A DNA stretch of 42,265 nt from an uncultured Candidatus Saccharibacteria bacterium (GCA_964363455.1 CAYIIM010000001.1:1-42265); one strand, 5' to 3'. Positions 16,176 through 23,495 are shown, numbered from the stretch's first letter. Notes: generated by a model not told the origin, from the letters alone. Translations and numbers: made by a program.

Positions 16176-16772
16176 ATGAGAGAAAAACCGTTAATTTTAA
16201 TAGTGGACGACGAAGAAAACTTTCGCGAGATTTTTTCGGCGAAATTAGGAGCGGCGGGTTTTGAAACGGCGGTAGCAAATGGTGAGGTGGAGGCGCTTCA
16301 AAAAGCTAAAGAATTAATGCCGGATTTGATTTTGATGGATATTTTTATGCCGCCGGGGGCGACGGGGACGGATGTGGCGCTCAATATTCACCAAAGTCCG
16401 GAGACTAGAAATTTGAAGATTGCGTTTTTGACAAACCTCAAGGATCCGTGGCCGGCGATCTCCGGAGATCACCAAAATGTGAGTAAGGAGATGGGGATGG
16501 AGGATTTTCTTGAGAAGACAGCGGATTTGGATAATATTGCAGCGAAGGTGAAAGAGATATTGGCGAGAGGAGATGGATCAGCTCAACCAACGCCGCCAGT
16601 TCAGGCGCCGGTCGCGCCAGCTCAGCCTGTTCAACAATCCTCGGCCCCCGTGCCAATTGAGAGTGTGCCGGTTCAGATTCCAGTTGAAGCTTCAATGGAA
16701 ACCCAAGTCCAACAACCTGAAATGCCTCAACAGCCTCCAGCCCAGCCTCCTCAGTCGCCAGCGTCGGGTTAG
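16176..16772 (+). CDS. Response regulator receiver domain with Pro/Gln-rich C-terminal tail
   Basis: LILIVDDEENFREIF...PDLILMDIFMPPGATG...IAFLTN, then PTPPVQAPVAPAQPVQQ...PQQPPAQPPQSP. Paralog of the upstream gene. Confidence 0.8.
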   Translation: MREKPLILIVDDEENFREIFSAKLGAAGFETAVANGEVEALQKAKELMPDLILMDIFMPPGATGTDVALNIHQSPETRNLKIAFLTNLKDPWPAISGDHQNVSKEMGMEDFLEKTADLDNIAAKVKEILARGDGSAQPTPPVQAPVAPAQPVQQSSAPVPIESVPVQIPVEASMETQVQQPEMPQQPPAQPPQSPASG

Positions 16773-16777
16773 GACTT

Positions 16778-16906
16778 GTCGGGTAGTGAAAATTCGACTA
16801 TTTGTTAGGTCTTTATGATGTTAATTGAAGATTTTATTCCCAATGATGTTTTGTTGCTAAGTAAGGCTTTTGTTTCAGGGAGAAGGTCGAATTTCTACTA
16901 CCCGAC
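16778..16906. repeat. REP/MITE-like inverted repeat pair (21-nt arms, 87-nt spacer)
   Basis: gtcgggtagtgaaaattcgac (16778-16798) versus gtcgaatttctactacccgac (16886-16906), followed by ttgcgttttt. Same arm family as 17774-17838. Confidence 0.55.
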
Positions 16907-16945
16907 TTGCGTTTTTCTGAATAAAGCTTTACTATTGGCCTACTT

Positions 16946-17317
16946 ATGTTAGCGATTAAATTACAGCGAATCGGCAAGAAACATCAGCCTTCATATAGGT
17001 TGGTCGTGGCCGAAAAACGATCTAAACTTGGAGCCCCACCAGTGGAAGATTTGGGTTCCTATAACCCAAAGACAAAGACTGTAAATGTGAAAGGGGAAAG
17101 GGTAACTTATTGGATTGAAAATGGCGCTCAGCCGACCGTGTCGGCACATAACTTGCTAGTTAATAAATCTGTTTTAAAATTGGAAAATTTGGCAGTGAAG
17201 ATGAAGAAGGCAGTGGCGAAACCGGTGGTGGTTAAAGTTGAGGCTAAGGGGGAAGATGTAGTAACGGAAGCTCCGGCGGTAGCCGAAACGGCTCCAGTCG
17301 AGGAGGTAGCGAGTTAA
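16946..17317 (+). CDS. rpsP: 30S ribosomal protein bS16 with C-terminal extension
   Basis: MLAIKLQRIGKKHQPSYRLVVAEKRSKLGAPPVEDLGSYNP...YWIENGAQPT. Confidence 0.9.
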   Translation: MLAIKLQRIGKKHQPSYRLVVAEKRSKLGAPPVEDLGSYNPKTKTVNVKGERVTYWIENGAQPTVSAHNLLVNKSVLKLENLAVKMKKAVAKPVVVKVEAKGEDVVTEAPAVAETAPVEEVAS

Positions 17318-17423
17318 TTTTTCTTAGGATATAATTTAGAGGTATTGATTGGAGATGAACTTGCCTTTGATAGGCAAATCTGAAAAGAAAGGTCGTGAAT
17401 AAAAAGATTTCCAGAAAGAAAAA

Positions 17424-17723
17424 ATGAACAGTATGGCTGATAAAGATTTTCTTGAATATCTCGTTAAGGCCTTAGTTGATCACCCGGATGATGTGAAGGT
17501 TGAGCGAAAAGTGGACGAGATGGGAGTGCTTTTGTCCCTTCGAGTCAATGCGCTCGACATGGGCCAAGTGGTCGGTCGCCAAGGTGCGACAGCAAAAGCG
17601 ATTCGCTCTTTGCTTCGCATCGTGGGTATCAAAAACAACGCCCGAGTCAACTTGAAGATCGAAGAGCCGGAAGGCGGTTCTCGACCTCCGAGGCGAGAAG
17701 GTGGAGAAAGCGCTAGTTTCTAA
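17424..17723 (+). CDS. KH-domain RNA-binding protein (YlqC/UPF0109 type)
   Basis: LVKALVDHPDDVKVE...MGQVVGRQGATAKAIRSLLRIVG. Conserved position downstream of rpsP. Confidence 0.85.
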   Translation: MNSMADKDFLEYLVKALVDHPDDVKVERKVDEMGVLLSLRVNALDMGQVVGRQGATAKAIRSLLRIVGIKNNARVNLKIEEPEGGSRPPRREGGESASF

Positions 17724-17741
17724 ATTAAAAAATTTAGAGCA

Positions 17742-17773
17742 AAAAGCCTCGAGAGATCGGGGCTTTTTGTTTT
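17742..17773 (+). terminator. Intrinsic terminator after the rpsP-KH operon
   Basis: aaaagcctc / ggggctttt stem followed by a T-run. Confidence 0.65.
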
Positions 17774-17838
17774 CCGGGCAGTAGAAATTCGACTAGGAAT
17801 TTTTGAAACGGAACCAAAGTCGAATTTCTACTGCCCGG
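17774..17838. repeat. REP/MITE-like perfect inverted repeat (21-nt arms, 23-nt loop)
   Basis: ccgggcagtagaaattcgact (17774-17794) and agtcgaatttctactgcccgg (17818-17838), followed by ttttgtt. Confidence 0.6.
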
Positions 17839-17843
17839 TTTTG

Positions 17844-17872
17844 TTGACGTCATGTTTTTTCGGGACTATCAT
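17844..17872 (+). promoter_or_regulatory. Sigma70-type promoter TTGACG-17-TATCAT
   Basis: -35 at 17844-17849, 17-nt spacer, -10 at 17867-17872. Confidence 0.55.
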
Positions 17873-17878
17873 GATTTA

Positions 17879-18029
17879 GCCGAAAGGTTGGATAACCGGG
17901 GTTGGGAGTAAATGTCGCGCGCCAACCAGGGACAAGCCAGTGCCATGCCCTAATGGGAGCGCCAAAGTTGTCTCTAGCGATTCATTGAGGGTGGAAGGGG
18001 TTCGTGCGCTCCTTCCACCTGATTTTTTT
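17879..18029 (+). ncRNA. ~150-nt promoter-to-terminator small RNA or leader candidate, unclassified
   Basis: Bounded by the promoter above and by terminator 17989-18029 (ggtggaagg/ccttccacc plus seven T). Internal complementarity includes ggttgg/ccaacc. No ORF. Confidence 0.45.
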
Positions 18030-18035
18030 ACCTGG

Positions 18036-18064
18036 TTTACTTTTTACCGGTTTTCGGTTAGAAT
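18036..18064 (+). promoter_or_regulatory. Candidate efp promoter TTTACT-17-TAGAAT
   Basis: -35 at 18036-18041, -10 at 18059-18064. Confidence 0.45.
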
Positions 18065-18075
18065 CTACTTTAAAT

Positions 18076-18119
18076 TAATGTAATCCCTCGTCTCCGCCAT
18101 TTGGCGGATCGCTCGGGAT
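18076..18119 (+). promoter_or_regulatory. Conserved 44-nt leader element, copy 1 (upstream of efp)
   Basis: taatgtaatccctcgtctcc...ggatcgctcgggat. About 35 of 47 aligned positions match 20686-20729, including an 18/20 core. Confidence 0.45.
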
Positions 18120-18134
18120 AAGTGTGCCCTTATT

Positions 18135-18704
18135 ATGTCACTTGCGTATACAGATTTAACCAAAGGCGTGTTTTTTGTGATGAACGGCGAGCCCTACGAA
18201 GTTTTAGAGGCGCATTTTTTGCGTATGCAACAGAGAAAGGCGGTGGTGCAGACTAAGATTAAAAATTTGATGACAGGGAAAGTTTTGGATCGAAATTTTC
18301 AGCCGAGCGATAATTTTGATGAGGCGGATATGGAAAAAAAGGAAGCAAACTTTATTTATAAAGCGAAGAATGAGCTTTGGTTTCATGAAAAGGGGAATCC
18401 GAAAAATCGGTTTTCTTTAAGTGAAGATTTGGCTGGTGAGGCCGGACAATTTTTGAAACAAGATACGACGGTGACGACTTTGGTTTTTAATGAAAAAGTT
18501 ATTGGCATGACACTGCCGATCAAAATGGAGTTGAAGGTGACGGAGGCTCCGCCAGCGATTAAGGGCAATACAGCGCAAGGCGGAACGAAGGTGGTGGAGC
18601 TTGAAACCGGTGCAAAGATTTCAGTCCCGCTTTTTGTAAACGAAGGAGATGTAGTGAGAGTGAATACTGAGATGGGAACTTATGTGGAGAGGATCAGTAA
18701 ATAG
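18135..18704 (+). CDS. efp: Elongation factor P
   Basis: FVMNGEPYEVLEAHFLRMQQRKAVVQTKIKNLMTGKVLDRNF...KGNTAQGGTKVVELETGAKISVPLFV. Confidence 0.9.
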   Translation: MSLAYTDLTKGVFFVMNGEPYEVLEAHFLRMQQRKAVVQTKIKNLMTGKVLDRNFQPSDNFDEADMEKKEANFIYKAKNELWFHEKGNPKNRFSLSEDLAGEAGQFLKQDTTVTTLVFNEKVIGMTLPIKMELKVTEAPPAIKGNTAQGGTKVVELETGAKISVPLFVNEGDVVRVNTEMGTYVERISK

Positions 18705-18740
18705 AGAGTAGCGAGGATTGCAACGATATGAATGCGAGAG

Positions 18741-18787
18741 TGCTAAACTATCCGACGATCGTCGGATAGTTTAGCATTTGGGTTTTT
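18741..18787 (+). terminator. Perfect 36-nt palindrome centred on CGATCG plus T-run (efp terminator)
   Basis: tgctaaactatccgacga|tcgtcggatagtttagca, followed by tttgggttttt. Confidence 0.75.
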
Positions 18788-18800
18788 GGTCAAGCGAATG

Positions 18801-18842
18801 AGAAAAAATAAAAGCCCCCTGTACCTTGCAGCCTTGGGGGGC
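18801..18842 (-). terminator. Intrinsic terminator for the AI-2E transporter gene
   Basis: gccccc/gggggc stem, followed on the minus strand by ttttatttttt. Confidence 0.55.
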
Positions 18843-18996
18843 GTTAGTTTTTCCCACTATCCGCTTTTAATGCGATTGCGGGAGCTTGTGAGGTTGATCG
18901 TGCGGGACACGATGCTCTCCTTTGAATTCGGTTGGTTTTGTGATCCAACGTGAATTGGGAATTAGATTACTCTACGAGGCGATAGTTTGCCAAGCT

Positions 18997-20040
18997 CTAA
19001 TTTTCCTCTGATCGGTTCAAGACTAATACTGGGTAAATGTCGAGGAGGGTGCCTAGGAGGGCGAGGAAGAGGGGACCAATGAGAAATCCGATAGGGCCGA
19101 AAAGACTCAAACCGCCGAGGACGCTCAGTAAGATGAGAAAGCTGTGGATGTGGATTTTGCGCTGCATTAATTTTGGTCCGAGGAAGTTGTCAATTAAACC
19201 GACGGCGAGGGCGCCCCAGGCGAGAAGGCCTATGGCGGAGAAAAGGGTGTCAAAGGCAAAGAGGTAAATAATAATTGGAGCTAAAACCACGGAAGTGCCG
19301 AGGATTGGAACGAGAGCGGCGATGACGGTGATGAAACCCCAGAGAGCGGCGTTGGGGACGCCGAAGATGGTAAAGCCAATGCCGGCCAGAAGGCCTTGGA
19401 CGATCGCGACGGTTAAAGTGCCGCGCATCACAGAACCAATAGCGACTTTCAAGCGGTTGAGGATTTCGACGGTATGTTTTTCGGCGAGTGGACTGACTTT
19501 AATAATGGCGCTCTTAAAGTTTTCGCCGTCTTTGAAGAAGTAGTAAATGGCCAGGAGGCTTAAGAAGAAGCTGGTCAAGACGCTCGCGAGGCCCTGGAAG
19601 ATTGGACCGATGTTTTGGGTAAGCCATTTAAAGAAGAGCTCGGCAGTTTGCTTTAGATCGATGTCGATATTGCTTGATGGGAAGAGCTCTTGGATTTTGG
19701 TTTCAAGTGTGGTCTCGATCTTTAAAAGGGGATTGATGTTAGCGGTGTCACTTGTAACTCTAAGGTAAAGTCCTTGGGCTTGGTCAAAGACGGTAATACC
19801 CATCAAAGTGACGGGAACAAAAACGATGATTAAAATGGCGAGAATGGTGATGAGTGAAGCAACACTGGTTTGGCCGCGGAAAAGTTTCAGGACGCGATTA
19901 TAAATAGGTTCAAAGATGACGACGAAGACGGTGGCGATGACAAGGGAATTTAGAAATGGCAGAAACATAAATGCCACTACGAGTCCCGCAATGCCGATCA
20001 GGCCTAAGAGGAAATAAGTTTGAATGTCTTTTTTTTCCAT
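18997..20040 (-). CDS. AI-2E family transporter (PerM/YhhT-like, UPF0118)
   Basis: 347 aa, multi-TM. VIATVFVVIFEPIYNRV...RGTLTVAIVQGLLAGIGFTIFGVPNAALWG...GPLFLALLGTLLD is typical of the family. Confidence 0.8.
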   Translation of the reverse strand: MEKKDIQTYFLLGLIGIAGLVVAFMFLPFLNSLVIATVFVVIFEPIYNRVLKLFRGQTSVASLITILAILIIVFVPVTLMGITVFDQAQGLYLRVTSDTANINPLLKIETTLETKIQELFPSSNIDIDLKQTAELFFKWLTQNIGPIFQGLASVLTSFFLSLLAIYYFFKDGENFKSAIIKVSPLAEKHTVEILNRLKVAIGSVMRGTLTVAIVQGLLAGIGFTIFGVPNAALWGFITVIAALVPILGTSVVLAPIIIYLFAFDTLFSAIGLLAWGALAVGLIDNFLGPKLMQRKIHIHSFLILLSVLGGLSLFGPIGFLIGPLFLALLGTLLDIYPVLVLNRSEEN

Positions 20041-20184
20041 ATGCCCCGTAGGAAATTAAATATTTTTTGTTGAAATTTTTTCGACGTTATTTTTTTTGTC
20101 TAGCGTTCAAAATCTTGCTTGCTTAATTGATTTTAGTTCAAAAATTTTTAGTATTTTTTCGCTATTTCCTACGGGGTTCACTCC

Positions 20185-20214
20185 TTGACTACTTAGGGTG
20201 GTTTGTTTTAGTAT
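20185..20214 (+). promoter_or_regulatory. Promoter TTGACT-18-TAGTAT
   Basis: -35 at 20185-20190, -10 at 20209-20214. Confidence 0.45.
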
Positions 20215-20220
20215 AGGGCG

Positions 20221-20317
20221 AAGTTTAGGAACTCTCAAATCTAGGCACGGGCGCTAAATCATTGCTTATTTATTTAGGCAGTTTCCCCGATTTAGCGTCC
20301 ATGCCTGGATTTTTTTA
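20221..20317 (+). ncRNA. ~97-nt small RNA / attenuator candidate ending in a 21-bp hairpin plus T8
   Basis: Arms 20240-20260 and 20289-20309 (two G-U pairs valid on the plus strand, one mismatch), then tttttttt at 20310-20317. Confidence 0.4.
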
Positions 20318-20368
20318 TTCGTTCGCACAGTTTATCCACAGAATTTCCGATTTCCACGCATTTTGCCG

Positions 20369-20396
20369 TTGACACTCCTATTGCTAAAAGTATAAC
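20369..20396 (+). promoter_or_regulatory. Promoter TTGACA-16-TATAAC
   Basis: -35 at 20369-20374, -10 at 20391-20396. Confidence 0.55.
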
Positions 20397-20427
20397 ATAC
20401 TCAAACATAAAGTAGGTGAGTTTTTGG

Positions 20428-20505
20428 GTCTCGTTGGGGAAACCGGGACGAAAAGTACCTATGAATACAAATACTTTTTGTCACAACGAGGCGTCGTTTG
20501 TTTTT
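20428..20505 (+). promoter_or_regulatory. Conserved attenuator/riboswitch-like leader motif, copy 1
   Basis: Core tctcgttggggaaaccgggacgaaaagt matches 22/28 nt of 28522-28549. Long-range helix 20428-20436/20484-20492 followed by a T-run. Alternative local hairpin gtctcg/cgggac. Confidence 0.5.
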
Positions 20506-20509
20506 ATGA

Positions 20510-20564
20510 GGGCTATCCCTTGGGTTTTGAACTTTAAAACCTAGCGGATAGCCCTTTTGAGTTT
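20510..20564 (+). terminator. Second hairpin terminator in the leader of the first fibre gene
   Basis: gggctatcc (20510-20518) pairs with ggatagccc (20546-20554), then ttttgagttt. Confidence 0.5.
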
Positions 20565-20685
20565 GAGGGTTAGCAAATAAAAAGGTCGAGACAATAAAAA
20601 AATAAAAACAAATTCACTTTATCAATTTTTAGAAAGGGGAACTTCTTGGAAGTTGATAGGGTAAAAAATTAAAAGTCTAAAACAA

Positions 20686-20729
20686 TAATGTAATTCCTCG
20701 TTTCCTTTAGTTGATGGATCACTTGGGAT
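20686..20729 (+). promoter_or_regulatory. Conserved 44-nt leader element, copy 2
   Basis: taatgtaattcctcgtttcc...ggatcacttgggat; homologous to 18076-18119. Confidence 0.45.
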
Positions 20730-20786
20730 GATTTTATTAAATCATCTTTTAGAGTTCCGAGAACTACATTATTGGAAAATAAAATC

Positions 20787-22178
20787 ATGAAAAAATTACT
20801 TATCGGTTTTGGAGCTTTGGCAATCGCTTTGCTTTTAGCACCAGGCTTTTTGGCTTTTGAAGCCCACGTGGTCAATGTGACTGCGAAGATCGAGAATGCT
20901 TTGAGCGTTCCGATCGAATCAATCGACTTTGGAACGGTGTTCCCTCAGGAGCAGTTGAACGAAGCGCTTGGAATCAGCCTTTCCCAATCCTTTATGGATG
21001 AGGATCGAGTTGATGATGTTGATTACTTTATCCGTCAGAAGCCAAAGTGTGGTATTACTTCTGATGACGGAAAAATATTAGATCATTCCAGCACTGCGAC
21101 GGGACATGTCCATGTCGGCGATGTACCACAAGACAGCACTACCATAACCCAGCAATTTGAGGGTTATTATGTTGACTGTGGTCCATTACCTCGACGTTTG
21201 ATGGATGTAGATCTTCCAGAGACAGCGTGGAATGATATTGAATCATACGGCATGTTGCCATTCCTTTGTCCTTACATTTCGAAGCACTCCGATGGAGCGC
21301 CAGCTAACGATGGAAATTTGAATTCTTTCCACGAGCCGTTCCAGGTTTCCGGCAATTCGATTGTTTGGAATGATACACCGGGTCACTTGGCGAAAGCCCA
21401 GAATGACACGGTTGATAACTGGATCATTGATTTGGCGGTGCCATGTTTTGGCGGCGAATGCGCTCAAGACTGGGCCAGTTTTGTTAACGGCTTTAATCCG
21501 TTAGCGAATCCAGACGATTACACTCAGCCGACCACAGACGAACATAAGATCTTCGGTTGTGATCTTTGGGTAGAAGTCGGCGGGATTAGCCTTCCAGGTT
21601 TGGGTTGCAAAGGCAAGATTGACTTGATGCTCGTCGTGGATGAATCCGGCAGTATTGGTTCGACCAATATGGACGCGGTGAAGTTAGCTTTGCACAGCTT
21701 CATCGACGCTTTAGTGCTTGCAGTTGACGGACCAAATGCTGGTCAGACCAGCTTTGCTTCGATCGGTGTCTTGGATCAGGAGCTTACATCGAGCTCAACT
21801 GAGATGCACGCGGCTATTGATACATTATTTTCTGGCGGTTTAACCAATTTATCTGCTGGTATCGCTTTGGCGAATGACGAATTTAATAGCGTTCGAGACC
21901 GAGCGGATGCGCCGAACATGATGATTGTCATCACTGATGGAGTACCGAATGTTTGTTATGTTAGTGGTTGTGGAGATCCAGCAGTTGAAGCGGCTGGATA
22001 CGCAACTGTAGCAAAAGCGGACGGGACGGAAGTTTTCGTGGTTGGTATTGGTTCAGGTGTGGATGCGACCTACTTGCAGACTTCTATTGCAAGCGCTCCT
22101 TCAGCGAGCCATTACTTTGCCGGAGACTTTGCCACTTTAGAGACAACTTTCGCGGATTTAATTGCTTGCGAAGAATAA
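20787..22178 (+). CDS. Secreted Cys-rich protein (paralog A) with SipW-type N-terminal signal and C-terminal vWA domain
   Basis: MKKLLIGFGALAIALLLAPGFLAFEAHVVNVTAKIENAL. Shares FGTVFPQE, DDVDYFIRQKPKC, DLAVPCFGGECAQDW and KIFGCDLWVEV with 22413 and 27293. vWA with MIDAS at IDLMLVVDESGSIG...LTNLSAG...VITDG. Start moved to ATG 20787 by homology with paralog B. Confidence 0.8.
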   Translation: MKKLLIGFGALAIALLLAPGFLAFEAHVVNVTAKIENALSVPIESIDFGTVFPQEQLNEALGISLSQSFMDEDRVDDVDYFIRQKPKCGITSDDGKILDHSSTATGHVHVGDVPQDSTTITQQFEGYYVDCGPLPRRLMDVDLPETAWNDIESYGMLPFLCPYISKHSDGAPANDGNLNSFHEPFQVSGNSIVWNDTPGHLAKAQNDTVDNWIIDLAVPCFGGECAQDWASFVNGFNPLANPDDYTQPTTDEHKIFGCDLWVEVGGISLPGLGCKGKIDLMLVVDESGSIGSTNMDAVKLALHSFIDALVLAVDGPNAGQTSFASIGVLDQELTSSSTEMHAAIDTLFSGGLTNLSAGIALANDEFNSVRDRADAPNMMIVITDGVPNVCYVSGCGDPAVEAAGYATVAKADGTEVFVVGIGSGVDATYLQTSIASAPSASHYFAGDFATLETTFADLIACEE

Positions 22179-22323
22179 CTAAAGTCGTGATCAAACTTTC
22201 TCTTGTGTAAAAACAAGAGAAAGATTTGGTCGCGATGGGCCCTCCGCCTTTCTTTGGGAACGAATATAAGCAAAAGAAAGGCGTGTGGCCGATAGGCGGT
22301 CAAAATAAAAAGGTCGAGTAAAT

Positions 22324-22358
22324 TAGAAAGTAGCGAGTAGTGAGTAGAAAGTAGAAAG
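22324..22358 (+). repeat. AGTAG-rich repeat, copy 2
   Basis: tagaaagtagcgagtagtgagtagaaagtagaaag, directly after the AAGGTCGAG motif at 22310-22318. Confidence 0.55.
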
Positions 22359-22412
22359 ATTCACTGCAAACTACAAAAAATAAATAACTCTCTTAGTTGA
22401 AAAAATAAAATC

Positions 22413-23270
22413 ATGAAAAAATTACTTATCGGTTTTGGAGCTTTAGCGATTGGTGTGGCGTTAGCACCAGGCTTTTTGGCTTTTGAAGCCCACGTGGTCA
22501 ATGTGACTGCGAAGATCGAGAATGCGCTCCAAGTGACGACAAACTCGATTGATTTCGGGACGGTGTTTCCTCAGGAGCACTTGAAGCAGCCACTCGGTAT
22601 TAGTCTTTCGGGTTCTTTTATGGCTGAAGACAGAGTAGATGATGTCGAATATTTCATTCGACAGAAGCCAAAGTGTGCGATTACTTCAAACGGTGGTTTA
22701 TCGTTTGATCCGTTGAACACCGCGACTGGTCATATCCAGCTCGGTGATAATCCAGCTACCCAAGAAGATATTGAGACTTATTGGATTGATTGTGGTCTAG
22801 CGCCAAGGATCTTGGCGGTTGACGACACCGCAACTCCTTTAGTCAACGAAGCAGAATCTTGGGGTGTTTTACCTTCGCTTTGTGAATACATTTCCAAAGA
22901 AGGTCCAGATGCAAATGATAGCGACACCGCTTCGTTCCACACACCGTGGACAGTTGTTCAGGGTGATAACGCATCTACCACAGCTGTTGAAACTTCTTGG
23001 ATCAATTGGACTGACACAAAGGGCCGATTAGCCAAGTCTGAGCAAGACACGGATGATGCGTGGGTCATCGATCTCGCGGTTCCATGTTTTGGCGGATTCT
23101 GCGCTCAGGATTGGGCTGATTTCGTTGCCGGAATCAACGCCGATGCTGATCCGAATGCTTATACCCAACCAATTGGCAACGAACACAAAATTTTCGGTTG
23201 CGATTTGTGGGTAGAAGTTTCTGGAGTTTCGGAAGCTTCAATTGAAGTTCCACCAACTCCAGATCCGTAG
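22413..23270 (+). CDS. Secreted Cys-rich protein (paralog B), candidate major subunit
   Basis: 285 aa. N-terminus MKKLLIGFGALAIGVALAPGFLAFEAHVVNVTAKIENAL. Same conserved blocks as paralog A but no vWA domain. Confidence 0.8.
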   Translation: MKKLLIGFGALAIGVALAPGFLAFEAHVVNVTAKIENALQVTTNSIDFGTVFPQEHLKQPLGISLSGSFMAEDRVDDVEYFIRQKPKCAITSNGGLSFDPLNTATGHIQLGDNPATQEDIETYWIDCGLAPRILAVDDTATPLVNEAESWGVLPSLCEYISKEGPDANDSDTASFHTPWTVVQGDNASTTAVETSWINWTDTKGRLAKSEQDTDDAWVIDLAVPCFGGFCAQDWADFVAGINADADPNAYTQPIGNEHKIFGCDLWVEVSGVSEASIEVPPTPDP

Positions 23271-23495
23271 TTGAAAGTTAAATTTCCGAAAGGAAGTTTA
23301 GTTAGTAAAAAATCCTTATACCCCTCCCCAGTTTTTCAAAACTGGAGAGGGGGAGAGAGGATGTGATAAGAGGTGTCTCGCCGTTAAAACTTCGTAAATG
23401 GAGTCGCAATGGCAAAGGTCGGGATAGTAGCACCTTAATAATTAAGAATTTTGTGGATATAGACATAAATCAGGGACTGTGTAATAATCTTGGAT

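Noticed and set aside
17879-18029. Small RNA candidate as 4.5S/SRP RNA or as a Mn2+ (yybP), GEMM or TPP riboswitch
   Set aside because: Only short, partial resemblances exist (for example UUGGGAGUA). The defining conserved cores are absent, and the downstream gene (efp) has its own promoter.
20772-20786. TTG start (MENKIM...) for paralog A given by the track
   Set aside because: Paralog B has a near-identical upstream region (gaaaa(t/a)aaaatcATG) and starts at the corresponding ATG, so 20787 is the likelier start.
20669-20875. 68-aa minus-strand ORF overlapping the start of fibre gene A
   Set aside because: It is antisense to a well-supported gene and its conserved leader, and has no supporting signals.
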